This document shows, in pieces, positions 8,524-21,119 of a stretch of 64,000 nt of DNA; the stretch's first letter is position 1; every line of letters begins with the position of its first letter. Location: NCBI GenBank assembly GCA_963763535.1, contig CAVXOX010000007.1, positions 60,556 through 124,555 on the forward strand, read 5' to 3'. This stretch comes from an uncultured Acidobacteriota bacterium (GTDB taxonomy: Bacteria > Acidobacteriota > Thermoanaerobaculia > UBA5066 > Gp7-AA6). The notes below the pieces were generated by a model. That model made no database searches and was not told the origin of the DNA. It was given only the letters and a program-made list of their open reading frames with translations. A program made the position numbers and the translations under genes.

Positions 8524-11500
8524 TCAGGGCAGCGAGAGGGTCGTCGTCTGGCCCTCCGAGACCGTGAAGGGATAGGGCGTCTCGCTCGTGCCGGCCGGCA
8601 CGAGGAACGAATACCCGCCCGGCGCGAGGTGCGGCCAGACCGTGACGGGAGGCGCGACGACGACGCGCCCGTCGAGGCGGTTGGGCCCGAGGAGGACCGG
8701 GTTGCCGCCGCCGTCGACGATGCGGCCGGAGAGCGGCGCGGTCGCGCGCGCCTGGACGCTGCCGCCCGGGCGTGAGCGGGTCACGTGACGGGTGCCGACG
8801 GCACGGCGACGGACGGAAACGCGCGCGGACGCGTAGCCGGCGGAGAAGACGTAGAGCGCGTACTGGCCCGGCGGCAGCGACGGAATCTGTACCGCGCCCG
8901 TGCCGTCGAGCGCGACGCTGCCCTGGAACGCGATCGTGCCGCCGCTCCGAACGCGAGCGCGATCAGGCCGCCGAGCGGCATGCCGCTCAGGCCGTCCTCG
9001 CGCGGATCGAGAGACCGGCGCCGGATCGAGCGCGAAGTCGAGGCGGAACGGGATCGTTCCGACCGTCGCGGGCAGCGTCTTCAGCTGGTACCCGTCCTTG
9101 CGCGCGGAGACCTGGTACGTGCCCGAGTCGAGGCCGGAGAGCGAGTACGCGCCGGTCGAGTCGGTGACGTGCGGTGGACCGACTGTGCGGTCGACTCGGA
9201 GCCCGTCTCCGCCTGCACCGACGCGCCCTCGAGCGGCGCGCCGCTCAGGAGTCGGTCACGGCTCCCGAAACGGTGGTCGCGGGCATCGCGATGTCGCCGT
9301 TCGTGTCACCCGAGACGGAGAGCATCGTGCGATACGGCAGTCGCCGCCGGAAACGACGACGTGGTAGCCGCCGTCCGTCATGTCGTCGATCGCGTAGTGC
9401 CCCGTTCCGTCGGACATCGCCGTGTAGCGCCGGCCCGATCCGTCGGGCGGATCCGGGGCGCGCGGAGACGCGAACTGCGTCACCGGTTTTCCCGCGCGCG
9501 TGACGTTGCCCGAAAGCCGCGAGCCGCCGTCGAACCACTCGACGCTCGCCGGGACTGCGGTCGTCGCCCAGATCTCGACCGTCTTCGCCACCGTGCGCAC
9601 GCCGGCATCGGCGTCGAAGCGGTGAGGCGGAGGACGCCGAAGGCGGGGTCGCGATCAGCGTGAAATGGCCGTCGTCGCAGGTCGATCGCGGAGCTTGGAA
9701 CCCGGTCGAGGCGCCGAGACGTGACGCCGCCGAGCTGTCCGGACGGGAGGCCCGTGACGACGCCGTCGATCTCGACGCCGCTCGCGACCGTCAGGCGGAC
9801 GCCGTCCATCGGCTGGCCGTCGGCGAGCACGAGGTCCTGCGGCGTCGAGCTCGAAGTCTTCGTCTGCGCGGTGAGCCGATAGCGGCCCGCTGCGAGATGG
9901 TCGAAGTGGAACAGCCCGCTGCCGTCGGCCTGCGCGTTCTGCGACGAGCCGTGCCGGTCCGGAGTCGCCCTGCGGGGCGAGCCGCACCGAGGCGCCGGCG
10001 ATAGGCGATTTCCCGAGTCCGCGGATACGACGGCGCCCGTGATCTCGGCGCCGGTCGAGAGCGTGATCGTCGACGTCCGCGGTCGTCGGCCGGGTCGACG
10101 TCGCGCGTGCGCCGGGACGTAGTCGGCGTCGAGTCACGGTCAGCGTGACGCGTCCGTCCGGGAGGCCGTCGAGCTGGAAACGGCCGTCGCCGTCCTCGTG
10201 CCGAGGGACCGGAGAGACCCGCCGCCGCCGAAGCCGCCAGGACCCCGCCGCCCGCGTCTGCAGCAGGCGACCGACGCGCCGGAGACGGGATTGCCGCGCG
10301 TGATCGACGACGTGGCCGGCAGTCCGCCGCCGCGGCTCAGCGCGATCTCCACGCCTTCTTTCGCCTCGCCGGCGTCGAGATCGATGCTCGGCGACGTCGG
10401 CGGGACGGTAGCCGTCGGCCGTCGCGCGGACCGTCCAGGATCCCGGCGCCACGCTGAGCTCGAAGTGACCCGTCGTCCGCGTAGATCGGACTCCGCCGGT
10501 GCGGCGCCGCCGAGAGCCTGCGGCGCCGCCGAAACCGCCGCCGGACCGCGGCGCCCGCGCGCCGCCGGCGTCGTGCCGACCGAAAACGAGTTGATCGGCT
10601 CGCCGGTTGCGGCGTCCACGACCTTTCCGCGGATCGTGCCGGACTTTCCGAGCACGAGCGCGACGCCTCGGCGGGGGCGTGACGCTGCGCGAGGAGAAGT
10701 CGCAAAGCCGGGCTGCCGATGGCGGACAGCATCAGCGGCCGCCCGGCTCGCGAGGTCCCGACCGGAAGGCGCCCGCGCCGTCGGTCGGCGTCGGCGCTCG
10801 GAGCGGCGCCTTCTGCCGGAGAGCGTGACCGTCGCGCCGGCGACGGGCGCGCCCTGGCCGTCGCGGACGGCGCCCGAGACCGAGACGCCGCGGGACAAGC
10901 ACGATCGGCGGCCAGCCCGACGCCGGCTTCGCCGGAACCGGCAGCGCGGAAGACGTCTTCGGCGAGAAGCCGGAGTGCGAGGCGGTGACGTCGTACTCGA
11001 CCCGCCGAGAGTCCCGCGACGTGAAGGCGCCATCGGCTCCGGAGACCGCTGCCGGCGTCGACGCGGCGACGGGCGCGCGGAAGAAGCGCGCGGGGCTCGC
11101 CGCGGCCTTCCGACGGGACCGCCGCGCGGATCTCGGCGCCCGCGACGGGCTGGGCCGACACGTCGATCACGCGGCCCTTGACCGCGAGACCAGCGGTGAG
11201 CGTGAGCAGGATGCCGGAGAGATTCTGTCCGGCCTTCAGCGTGACGCCGGGACTGCTCGGCCGGCGCGAAGCCCGGGTGCGTGGCGGCGAGCGGCACGCC
11301 GCTCGGGATCGGCGGCGAGACCGTCGAGGCGGAAGAGACCGTCGGGCCCGGTCTTCGCGGCGGACCGGCCAGCGCGGGTCGCGAAACCGCCGGGTCCGCC
11401 GAAGCGTCCGCGTCCGCCGCGCAGCGCGCGCGCGACACGTCGCCCCGCGCACCGGCTTGCCTTGCGCGTCGACGACGCGCCCGGCGATCGACGCCGCCGG

Positions 11501-12634
11501 CACCAGCGCGAGGGCGGCGGGCGAGGGGGCCGCGACCGGCGGCGGCGGGATGCGGGGCACGGACGCGGGAGAGATAGCCCTGGCCTCCGCACTGCGCCTC
11601 GTAGTCGCCGGGAAGCAGGCGCCCGCGGAGAAGCGCCCCGCGCGTCGCTCCGGACGACGGCGAGAGGCTCGGCCGGCCGGATGCCGCTGCCCGGCGATTC
11701 CGCGAGGCGCATGCGCGTGCCGGCGATGGGGCGGCGGGTCAGCGCATCGACCACGGTGCCCGCGATCTCGGCGCCGCGTTCGAGCTTCAGGTCGGCCGTG
11801 ACCGCGACGCCCGCCGCGACGCGCAGGCCGCCGCGGCGCGCGACGAGATTTCCGGGCGCCGTGGCCTCCACGCGCGCGACGCCGACGGCGACGCCGTCGA
11901 GGCGGTACCGGCCGGACGCGTCGGTCGGGACCGCGACGCCCGGCGCGCGCACGAGCGCTTCGGCGGCCGGCCGGCCGGACGCGTCGACGACGGTCCCCAC
12001 GACGGAGCCGCCCCGCTCCAGGAGGAAGCGCATCGAGTCGGGCGACGTGCGCGCGGCCCGCGTCGCCGGGACGAAGCCCGCCGCGCGCACGCGGACGGTC
12101 CGGATGGGACCGGGTGCGTTGGCGATCCGGAACGCTCCGTCGGATCCGGACGACGGCCTCGGCGAAGAAGCCGACCCCGTCGCGCTCGGCGCCGAAGCCC
12201 TCGTCGACGCGGACCCGCGCGCCCGCCACCGGCTTTCCGTCCGGGCCGGCGACGACGCCGGACAGCGGCGACGAGTCCGGCAGCGCGAGATCCGGAAGCC
12301 GGACGCTCTCGGCGGTGTCGAAGGGGCCCTCGAGCGCGACGGCCGGCAGACCCGGCGGGTCGATGCGGAACCGAACCGGCGGACCGGCCGGGTCGATCGC
12401 GGCCTCGAAGCGGCCGTCGGCATCGGTGCGCACCTGGTTGAGGGATTTCGGAGTCGCGCCGGCGGTCGCGTCGGCCAGCGCCTGGACGGGCGAGCGGAAC
12501 GCGAAACACGAGACGGGGGCGTTGGCGACCGGGTTCCCGTCCGGGCCGAGGACGCGGCCCGAGATCGTGCCCGCCCGGGCGGACGAGACGCCCATCCACG
12601 CGAGGATCCCCGCGGCGAGAAATCGTGACCGCAC
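8524..12634 (-). pseudogene. very large secreted protein made of carboxypeptidase-regulatory-like (CarboxypepD_reg) repeats, broken into all three frames
   Basis: The signal peptide and first repeats are in ORF 10337..12634 ([41 protein letters not shown]...). Further repeat-like text lies in other minus frames: [36 protein letters not shown]; [16 protein letters not shown]; VKGRVIDVSAQPVAGAEI; IRGKVVDAATGEPI; PGSWTVRATADGYRPADV; TDGTGHYAIDDMTDGGYHVVV. The C-terminus is in ORF 8524..8784. The span is 4111 nt (3n+1). Confidence 0.65.
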
Positions 12635-12653
12635 GGAAGTCTTCCCTGGAGGG

Positions 12654-12673
12654 AAAACGGCGTCGGGGCGCCG
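12654..12673 (-). terminator. weak hairpin plus T-run after mdtC
   Basis: The minus strand reads cggcg-ccccga-cgccg followed by TTTTCCC, immediately after the mdtC stop. Confidence 0.25.
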
Positions 12674-12677
12674 GCCG

Positions 12678-15600
12678 TTACGACTCGGACCGCACGAGAA
12701 CGGGGCGGGCGCGGCGGCGGCGCAGGCGCTCCCAGCGCAGCCTCAATCGGTCGAGGTAGAGGTAGATGACCGGCGTCGTGTACAGGGTCAGCATCTGCGA
12801 AAAGATCAGGCCGCCGACGATCGCGATGCCCAGCGGCCGGCGCAGCTCGCCTCCCGCGCCGAAGCCGATCGCGAGCGGCAGGCCCCCGAGGAGCGCCGCC
12901 ATCGTGGTCATCGTGATGGGCCGGAAACGGAGCAGGCAGGCTTCGAAGATCGCGTCCTCGGGCCCCTTGTCCTCGTTGCGCTCGGCCAGAATGGCGAAGT
13001 CGATCATCAGGATCGCGTTCTTCTTGACGATGCCGATCAGAAGGATGATGCCGATCAGCGCGATCACCGACAGCTCCTCGTTCAGGAGCATCAGCGCGAG
13101 CAGCGCGCCGACGCCGGCCGACGGCAGCGTCGAGAGGATCGTGATCGGGTGGATGAGGCTCTCGTAGAGGATGCCGAGCACGATGTAGACGGCGAAGAGG
13201 GCGGCGAGGATCAGGAACGGCTGGCTCGCGAGCGAAGTCTTGAACGCCTGCGCCGTGCCCTGGAAGCTGCCGCGGATCGAGGCGGGAAGGCCGAGCTCTC
13301 TCTCGGCGGTCTGGATCCTGTCGACCGCGTCGCCGAGCGACGTGCCGGCGGTCAGGTTGAACGAGATCGTGACCGCCGGGAACTGGCCCTGGTGATTGAC
13401 CTGGAGCGGCGCCGTCGACGGCGCGTAGCGGGCGAACGCGGACAGCGGAACCAGGTTGCCATCGGCCGAGCGGACGCGAACGACGTCGAGCCCCTGCGGA
13501 CCCTGGAGGAACTTCGGGTCCATCTCGAGGATCACGTGGTACTGATTGAGCGCGGTATACATCGTCGAGACCTGCCGCTGGCCGAAGGCGTCGTAGAGCG
13601 TCTGGTCGATCGCCGCCGGCGTGACGCCGAGGCGCGCGGCCGTGGCCCGATCGATCGTCAGCGAAGCCTCGAGCCCCTTGATCTGCAGGTCGCTGTTGAC
13701 GTCCACGAGTCCGGGAATCCTCCGCATCCGCTCGAGCACCTTCGGCGCCCAGTCCTGGAGCTCGCGCACGTCCTCTCCGCGCAGCGTGTACTGGTACTGG
13801 GCGGCGCTCGGGCGGCCGCCGATCCGCAGGTCCTGGACCGACTGCAGGTAGAGGGTCGCGCCGGGGACCTTGGCGAGCTGGGGCCGCAGCCGCGCGATGA
13901 TCTGGTCGGCCGACAGCTTGCGCTCGTGCTCGTCCTTCAGCGTGACGAACATGCGGGCCTGGTTCGTGACGCTGCCGCCTCCGGCGTAGGCCTGCACGTA
14001 GCTGACGCCCGGGTCCTTCATCATGATCGCCACGAAGTGCTCGAGGCGCTGATGCATCGCCTGGAACGACGTGTCCTGGTCGGCGAGGATCTGGCCGGTC
14101 AGCCGGCCGTTGTCCTGCTGCGGGAAGAAGCCCTTCGGGATCCGGACGTACAGGAAGACGGTCGCCGCCATCGTCGCGAGGGTCACCGCCAGCGTCAGGG
14201 GCTGGTGCCGCATCACCGTCGAGAGCGTTCGCCGGTAGAACGCCAGGATCGCGTCGAACGCCCGCTCGCTCCAATGGAAGATCCGCCCGTGCTTCACTTC
14301 GCCGGGTTTCTTCAGCAGTTTCGCGCACATCATCGGCGTCGTCGTCAGGGAGATCACCATGGACACGAGGATGGCGATCGAAAGCGTCATCGCGAACTCT
14401 CGGAAGAGGCGGCCGACGATCCCTCCCATCAGGAGGATCGGGATGAAGACGGCGACGAGCGAGATCGCAGATCGAGAAGACGGTGAAGCCGATTTCCCTG
14501 GCTCCGATCCGGGCCGCCTCGACAGGCTCGACGCCCATCTCGAGGTGACGCGTGATGTTCTCGATGACGACGATGGCGTCGTCCACGACGAAGCCGGTCG
14601 CGATCGTCAGAGCCATGAGCGATAAGTTGTCGATCGAGTAGTTGAGCAGGTACATCGCGCCGAACGTGCCGACGAGGGATATCGGAACGGCGACGCTCGG
14701 GATGAGCGTCGCGCGCACGCTCCGCAGGAAGGCGAAGACGACGAGGATGACGAGCGCGATCGAGATGGCCATCGTGATCTGGACGTCCCGGACCGAGGCG
14801 CGAATCGTCGTCGAGCGGTCGAGCACCCCGGAGACGCGGATCGTCGGCGGGATCTCGGCCTGGAGCTGGGGCAGGACGGCCTTGATGCGGTCGACGGTCG
14901 CGATGATGTTCGCGCCCGGCTGACGGAAGATGATGATCAGGACCGCCGGCTTGCCGTTGGCGACGCCGGCCGTCCGCACGTCCTCGACCGAGTCGATGAC
15001 GTTGGCGACGTCCGACAGGCGGAGCGCGCCGCCGTTCCGATAGGAGAGGACGAGCGGCTGGTAAAGCCCGGCGTGCAGCAGCTGGTCCGTCGCGCCCACC
15101 GCCCAGGCGCGCTCGGCCGCGCCGATCTGTCCCTTGGGCCGATTGGCGTTCTGGCTCGCGAGGAAGGTGCGGACGTCCTCGAGAGAGAGGCCCGCGTTGT
15201 TCAGCGCCGTGGGGTTGGCCTCGACGCGCACCGCGGGCAGCGCGCCGCCGCCGACGAACACCTGCCCGACGCCGTCGACCTGGGCGATCTTCTGCTGGAG
15301 GACCGACGAGGCGATGTCGTAGATCCGGCCCTTGTCGACGACGTCGGAGACGAGGCCGAGCAGCATGATCGGCGCGTCGGCCGGATTGACCTTGTGCCAG
15401 TACGGATTCGAGGGCAGGTCCGCCGGGAGGTTGCCGCGCGCCGCGTTGATCGCCGCCTGCACGTCACGCCCCGCGGCGTCCACGTTCCGGGAGAGGTCGA
15501 ACTGCAGCACGATCTGCGTGTTGCCGAGGGAGCTCGTCGACGTCATCTCGGTGACGCCGGCGATCCGGCCGAACTGCCGCTCGAGCGGGGTCGCCACGGA

Positions 15601-15783
15601 GGAGGCCATCGTCTCCGGGCTCGCTCCGGGCAGGCTCGCCGAGACCTGGATCGTGGGGAATTCGACCTGAGGCAGAGGAGCGACGGGCAGGAAGAAGTAG
15701 GCGATGCCGCCGGCGAGCGCGATCGCGATCGTCAGCAGGGTCGTCCCGATGGGGCGGTCGATGAAGATCGACGAGAGGCTCAT
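12678..15783 (-). pseudogene. mdtC: RND efflux permease, MdtC-like, with one frameshift near 14463-14470
   Basis: The N-terminal part lies in the frame of ORF 11236..16059 ([13 protein letters not shown]...[31 protein letters not shown]). The rest lies in ORF 12678..14429 ([22 protein letters not shown]...). The span is 3106 nt (3n+1). Comparison with the paralog ([13 protein letters not shown]) suggests one extra base. Confidence 0.8.
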
Positions 15784-15791
15784 CGGCCCCC

Positions 15792-18700
15792 TCAGCCGCT
15801 CTCGGCGACGCGGCGCGCGGGCACGCGAGCCCGCGCGGCGCGACGGTCGGCCACGCGGCGCGCGAGGCGGTCGAAGTAGAGATAGATCACGGGGGTCGTG
15901 TAGAGCGTCAGGACCTGGGAAAAGATGAGACCGCCGACGATGGCGACGCCGAGCGGCTTCCGCAGCTCGGCCCCGACGCCGCCGCCCAGGGCGAGCGGGA
16001 TGCCCGCGAAGAGAGCGGCGAACGTCGTCATGAGGATCGGCCGCAGCCGCAGCAGGCACGCCTGGAAGATCGCCTCGCGTGGACTCTTCCCCTCCTGGCG
16101 CTCGGCGTCGAGGGCGAAGTCGATCATCATGATCGCGTTCTTCTTGACGATGCCGATGAGCAGGATGATTCCGATCAGCGCGATGACGTTGAAGTCCATG
16201 CGGAAGAGCATCAGCGACAGCAGCGCGCCCACGCCCGCCGACGGCAGCGTCGACAGAATCGTGATCGGGTGAATGTAGCTCTCGTAGAGAACGCCGAGGA
16301 GGATGTAGACGGCGACGAGCGCGGCGAGGATCAGGAGCGGCGCCTTGACGAGCGAGGCCCCGAACGCCCGCGCCGATCCCTGGAAACCCGCCTGGATGCT
16401 CGCCGGCAGGCCGATCTCCTTGCCCGCGTTCTCGATCGCGCGCACGGCCTGGCCCAGCGAGTAGCCCGGGGAGAGATTGAACGACACCGTGACCGCCGGG
16501 AACTGTCCCTGGTGGTTGATCGCGAGCGCCGTGCGCGACTCCTGGACCGTCGTGAAGGCCGAAAGCGGGATGACGCCGTTCCCGCCGCTGGCGCCATTCG
16601 GGGCGTTGGCGCGGCTGGTTCCGCTCGCGGCGTTGGCGCCGCTGATTCCATTCGCGGCGTTGGCGCCGCGAACGTAGATGTGGTCGAGATCGGTCGGGCT
16701 CTTCTGGAAGCTCGGGCCGACCTCCAGCACGACGCGGTACTGGTTCAGCTGGGTGAACATCGTCGAGACCTGGCGCTGCCCGAAGGCGTCGTAGAGCGCG
16801 TCATCGACGTTCTGCGGCGTGATGCCGAGGCGCGACATGGTCGACCGATCGAACACGAGCGTCGCCTTGAGCCCCCGGTTCTGCTGGTCGGTCGCGACGT
16901 CGGCGAGCTCGGGCCGCTTCTGCAGCGCCTCGACGAGCCTGGGCGCCCACTGCGCGAGCTCCTGCGGATCGGGATCCTCGAGGCTGTACTGGTACTGCGT
17001 ACGGCTGACGCGGTCCTCCACCGTCAACTCCTGCACGGGCTGCATGAAGAGGGTGATGCCCTCGACCCTGGCGAGCTCCGGCTGAAGGCGGCGGATGATG
17101 TCGCTCGCCGAGATCTTCCGCTCGTCGAGCGGCTTTAAGTTGATCTGGATACGCCCGCTGTTCAACGTCGCGTTGGTGCCGTCGACACCGATGAACGAGG
17201 ACAGGCTCTCCACGGCGGGATCCTTCAGGATGACCCGGGCGAGCGCCTGCTGCCGTTCGGCCATGGTCGGGAAGGAGACCGACTGCGGCGCCTCCGAGAT
17301 GCCCTGGATCACGCCCGTGTCCTGGACCGGGAAGAAACCCTTCGGGATGAGGACGTACAGGAGGATCGTGACGACGAGCGTCGCGATGGCCACGGCGAGC
17401 GTCAGGGGCTGGTGCTCGAGGACGACCTCGAGTGTGCGCCGGTAGAAGTCGACGACCTTGTCGAAAAGTCGCTCGGAGATCTGCGCGAAGCGGCTCTGCT
17501 CCGAGGGCTTCTGGTGCTTGAGGATCCGCGCGCACATCATGGGGGTCAGCGTCAGGGACACGAATCCCGAGACGAGGATCGTGATCGAGAGGGTGACCGC
17601 GAACTCGCGGAAGAGCCGCCCGACGACGTCTCCCATGAAGAGCAGCGGGATCAGGACCGCGATCAGCGACAGGGTCAACGACAGGATCGTGAAGCCGATC
17701 TGTTCCGAGCCCTTGAGCGCCGCCTCGAGCGGTTTCTCGCCTTCCTCGATGAATCGCGAGATGTTCTCGATCATGACGATCGCGTCGTCCACGACGAAGC
17801 CGGTCGCGATCGTGAGCGCCATCAGCGTCAGGTTATTGAGGCTGTAGCCGAGCAGATACATCGCGGAGAACGTGCCGACGAGGGAAAGCGGCACCGCGAC
17901 CGACGGGATGATCGTGGCGGAGAGGCTGCGCAGGAAGAGGAAGATGACCATGACGACCAGCCCGATCGTCAGCATCAGCTCGAACTGAACGTCGCGCACC
18001 GAGGCGCGGATCGTCGTCGTGCGGTCGGTCAGGATGGTCACCTTCACCGCCGAGGGCAGCGAGGCCTGGAGCTGCGGCAGCAGCTTCTTGATCCGGTCGG
18101 CGACCTGGATGATGTTGGCGCCGGGCTGTCGCTGGATGTTGACGATGACCGCCGGGACCTCGTTGGTCCACGCCGCCTGCCTGGCGTTTTCGGTCGAGTC
18201 CGTGACGTCGGCGACATCCTGCAGCCGCACGGGCGCGCCGTTGCGGTAGGCCACGACCAGGGGCCTGTAGTCCGCGCTCGACAGAAGCTGGTCGTTGGCG
18301 CCGATCGTGTACGCCTGAGCGGGCCCGTCGAAGCTGCCCTTGGCCTGGTTGACGTTGGACGCGGCGATCGCGGTCCGCACGTCTTCGAGTGTCAGCCCGT
18401 AGGCGGAGAGCGCGGTCGGGTTGACCTGCACGCGCACGGCCGGCTTCTGGCCGCCGGTCAGCTGCACCAGGCCGACGCCCGGAAGCTGCGAAATCTTCTG
18501 TGCCAGGCGGGTGTCGGCGAGGTCGTGGACCTTCGAGAGTGGCATGGCGTCCGAGGTCAGCGCGAGCGTCAGGATCGGAGCGTCAGCGGGATTGACCTTG
18601 CTGTAGATCGGCGGATTCGGAAGATCCCTCGGAAGGTACGTTCCCGCGGCGTTGATCGACGCCTGCACCTGTTGCTCGGCGACGTCGATGTTCAGGTCGA

Positions 18701-18989
18701 GGTCGAACTGCAGGGTGATGACCGACGCGCCGTCGGAGCTCGTCGACGTCATCTGGTTCAGCCCGGGGACCTGGCCGAACTGCCTCTCGAGCGGCGCCGT
18801 CACCGACGACGCCATGACGTCCGGGCCGGCCCCCGGGTAGAAGGTCATGACCTGGATCGTCGGATAGTCGACCTGCGGCAGCGCCGATACGGGAAGCTGC
18901 TTGTAGGCGACGATGCCGGCCAGCGTCAGGCCGACCATGATCAGGGAGGTGGAGACCGGCCGGAGGATGAAGGGGCGAGACGGGCTCAC
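15792..18989 (-). CDS. mdtB: RND efflux permease, MdtB-like (intact, 1065 aa)
   Basis: The GTG start overlaps the mdtA stop (GTGA). The protein starts [21 protein letters not shown]. It has 12-TM AcrB-family architecture with two large periplasmic loops. Confidence 0.85.
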   Translation of the reverse strand: MSPSRPFILRPVSTSLIMVGLTLAGIVAYKQLPVSALPQVDYPTIQVMTFYPGAGPDVMASSVTAPLERQFGQVPGLNQMTSTSSDGASVITLQFDLDLNIDVAEQQVQASINAAGTYLPRDLPNPPIYSKVNPADAPILTLALTSDAMPLSKVHDLADTRLAQKISQLPGVGLVQLTGGQKPAVRVQVNPTALSAYGLTLEDVRTAIAASNVNQAKGSFDGPAQAYTIGANDQLLSSADYRPLVVAYRNGAPVRLQDVADVTDSTENARQAAWTNEVPAVIVNIQRQPGANIIQVADRIKKLLPQLQASLPSAVKVTILTDRTTTIRASVRDVQFELMLTIGLVVMVIFLFLRSLSATIIPSVAVPLSLVGTFSAMYLLGYSLNNLTLMALTIATGFVVDDAIVMIENISRFIEEGEKPLEAALKGSEQIGFTILSLTLSLIAVLIPLLFMGDVVGRLFREFAVTLSITILVSGFVSLTLTPMMCARILKHQKPSEQSRFAQISERLFDKVVDFYRRTLEVVLEHQPLTLAVAIATLVVTILLYVLIPKGFFPVQDTGVIQGISEAPQSVSFPTMAERQQALARVILKDPAVESLSSFIGVDGTNATLNSGRIQINLKPLDERKISASDIIRRLQPELARVEGITLFMQPVQELTVEDRVSRTQYQYSLEDPDPQELAQWAPRLVEALQKRPELADVATDQQNRGLKATLVFDRSTMSRLGITPQNVDDALYDAFGQRQVSTMFTQLNQYRVVLEVGPSFQKSPTDLDHIYVRGANAANGISGANAASGTSRANAPNGASGGNGVIPLSAFTTVQESRTALAINHQGQFPAVTVSFNLSPGYSLGQAVRAIENAGKEIGLPASIQAGFQGSARAFGASLVKAPLLILAALVAVYILLGVLYESYIHPITILSTLPSAGVGALLSLMLFRMDFNVIALIGIILLIGIVKKNAIMMIDFALDAERQEGKSPREAIFQACLLRLRPILMTTFAALFAGIPLALGGGVGAELRKPLGVAIVGGLIFSQVLTLYTTPVIYLYFDRLARRVADRRAARARVPARRVAESG
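16575..16670 (-). repeat. in-frame imperfect 27-bp tandem repeat (about 3.5 units) inside mdtB
   Basis: The motif ggcgttggcgc recurs at 16602, 16629 and 16656. It encodes [31 protein letters not shown] in a periplasmic loop. Confidence 0.7.
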
Positions 18990-20239
18990 GAGGGCCTCGG
19001 CGAGGTGGGAGCGCCTCCGGCCTTGCGCGCCACCACTTTCGATCCCTCCTGGAGCTTGTCGACGCCGTCCACGACCACGAGCTCTCCCGCCGCCACTCCC
19101 TTGGCGATGACCGCCCGGTTGTCGCCCTGCTGGGGGACCTCGACGACGCGCATCGCGACCTTGCCGTCCGCGCCGACGACGAACACCGCGGGGCCGCGCG
19201 TGGTGCGCTGGATCGCCGCCGAGGGCACGACGACCACGTGCGACAGCGTGTCGACGAGGAGACGCACGTTGACGAACTGCTGGGGAAACAGCCCGCCGTC
19301 GTGGTTGTCGAACTGCGCCTTCAGCCGAACGGTCCCCGTCGTGGGATCGATCTGGTTGTCGACCGTGAGGAGCTTGCCCGTCTCGAGGCGCGTCTTCAGG
19401 TCGCGGTCCCACGCCTCGACGGGCAGCGGCGCGCCGCCGCGGATCTTGCGCAGCACCGCCTGGAGGCTGTCTTCCGGCAGCGTGAACAGGACCGCGATCG
19501 GATCGAGCTGCGTCAAGACGACGATGCCGCCCTGGTCGGTCGCGTGCACCATGTTGCCGGCGTCCACCTGGCGGAGGCCCGCGCGTCCCGTGATCGGCGC
19601 GGTGATCCGCGCGTAGGTCAGGTTCAGCTTCGCCGCGTCGATCGATCCCTGGTCGGTCTTGATCGCCGCCTCGGCCTGCGCGACCGTGGACACCTGGGCG
19701 TCGTACTGCTGCTGCGGGATGAGGCCCTGCGCGACGAGGTCCTTGAAGCGATTGAGGTCGAGCTTCGTGTTGGCGAGGGCGGCCTCGTCCTTGGCGAGCT
19801 GTCCCTCGGCCTGCGTCAGCTGCACCTGGAAGGGCCGCGGGTCGATCTCGGCGAGGACCTCGCCCTCCTTGACGAGCTGGCCCTCCTTGAAGTCGACGCG
19901 CAGGAGCTGTCCGTCGACGCGGGACCGCACGGTGACGGTCGCGAGCGGCGTGACCGTGCCGAGGCCCGTCAGGTAGACCGGAAAGTCCGCGGTCCGGGCC
20001 TCGGCGACGACGACGGGGATCGGGGCTTGCGCGCGCGCCCGGGCCGCAGCCTGCGTCTTGGTCGAGGAGCTGCCCGAGCGCGAGATCGCGATCGCGGCGA
20101 CGATCAAGGCGACGATGCCGAGGCCGATCCAGAGTCCGCGCCGCCGCGGCCTCGCGGGAGACGGCTCGGGGACGGGCTCCGTCTCGGGGGCCCGGGGCTC
20201 GGCGGGCGACGGGTCGCTCTCGGGACGGTTCGACATCAC
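18986..20239 (-). CDS. mdtA: RND efflux membrane-fusion (periplasmic adaptor) protein, MdtA-like
   Basis: 417 aa with an N-terminal TM anchor. It has HlyD/AcrA-type lipoyl, coiled-coil and beta-barrel regions (...[40 protein letters not shown]...). Confidence 0.8.
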   Translation of the reverse strand: MMSNRPESDPSPAEPRAPETEPVPEPSPARPRRRGLWIGLGIVALIVAAIAISRSGSSSTKTQAAARARAQAPIPVVVAEARTADFPVYLTGLGTVTPLATVTVRSRVDGQLLRVDFKEGQLVKEGEVLAEIDPRPFQVQLTQAEGQLAKDEAALANTKLDLNRFKDLVAQGLIPQQQYDAQVSTVAQAEAAIKTDQGSIDAAKLNLTYARITAPITGRAGLRQVDAGNMVHATDQGGIVVLTQLDPIAVLFTLPEDSLQAVLRKIRGGAPLPVEAWDRDLKTRLETGKLLTVDNQIDPTTGTVRLKAQFDNHDGGLFPQQFVNVRLLVDTLSHVVVVPSAAIQRTTRGPAVFVVGADGKVAMRVVEVPQQGDNRAVIAKGVAAGELVVVDGVDKLQEGSKVVARKAGGAPTSPRPS

Positions 20240-20450
20240 TGGACGCTGCCTCCTCGGAAGAGACTCGGAACCGGCGGGCGCCGCCTCGGGATGGCTTCGC
20301 CAGAAGCTCCTTCAATTGCAAACGGCCTGCCGCAGGGCATCGTTACAGCCTACGGCAGCCGGGGCGCCCAGGGAAGGCCTCGAGGCTGGACTTTGGGTGC
20401 GGAGTGAGGGGCCGCCCGCCGAGGAGCGGCCTCTTTCTCCGCCGAGGCCG

Positions 20451-20948
20451 CTACTGAACGACCACCATGCCCTGCATCAGGGACTGATGCACCTGGCAGA
20501 AGTACGGGAATGTCCCGGCCTGGGTGAACGTGTGCGAGAACGTCATCCCCGAGCCGACGCCGGAATCCCACCGGCCGTCCGGCGTGCACGCCCCCGCGCA
20601 GGTGCCCGAGGTCGTCGAGTGGATGCCGCTGACCCAGACCCACTGGACCGTGTCTCCCGCGTGAATCGCCGTCGTGCTCGTGCCGCTCGTCTGGTCCACG
20701 AACGACATGCTGCCGCCGGGACCGACCTCGACCGTCGCCATCTGGCTGGCGGGAGTCGGCGTCGGCGAGGGAACGCCGGGAACCGGGGTCGCTGTCGGAG
20801 CTCCCGGGACCGGAGTCACCGTGGGGACGCCGGGTATGGGGGTCGCGGTGACCAGCGGGCCCGTGACGGTGTTGCTGTCGTTGTGACAGCTGGCCGCGAC
20901 GACGAGGGCAAGGACGGCAAGCGTTGCTCTGCCTGCAGTCTTGAACAT
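20451..20948 (-). CDS. cupredoxin (plastocyanin/azurin-like) blue-copper lipoprotein
   Basis: The lipobox is LVVAASC, followed by a Pro/Thr-rich linker. The C-terminus has AIHAGDTVQWVW...FPYFCQVHQSLMQGMVVVQ, with C-x2-H and Met ligands. Confidence 0.75.
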   Translation of the reverse strand: MFKTAGRATLAVLALVVAASCHNDSNTVTGPLVTATPIPGVPTVTPVPGAPTATPVPGVPSPTPTPASQMATVEVGPGGSMSFVDQTSGTSTTAIHAGDTVQWVWVSGIHSTTSGTCAGACTPDGRWDSGVGSGMTFSHTFTQAGTFPYFCQVHQSLMQGMVVVQ

Positions 20949-21119
20949 GTCTCATCCTTTCTTGCCGGCGTCGGGCGGCGAAACGCCACGCCGGTCATCG
21001 GGAAATGAAGGATCCGATGCGCGCCCTCCTTTCTCGCGCGCTCATCAGAGGAAAGCGGAGCGCGCGAGACGATTCATCCCGCTTGAGAAAACGCTAATGG
21101 GTCGCCGGTTTAGTAAACG

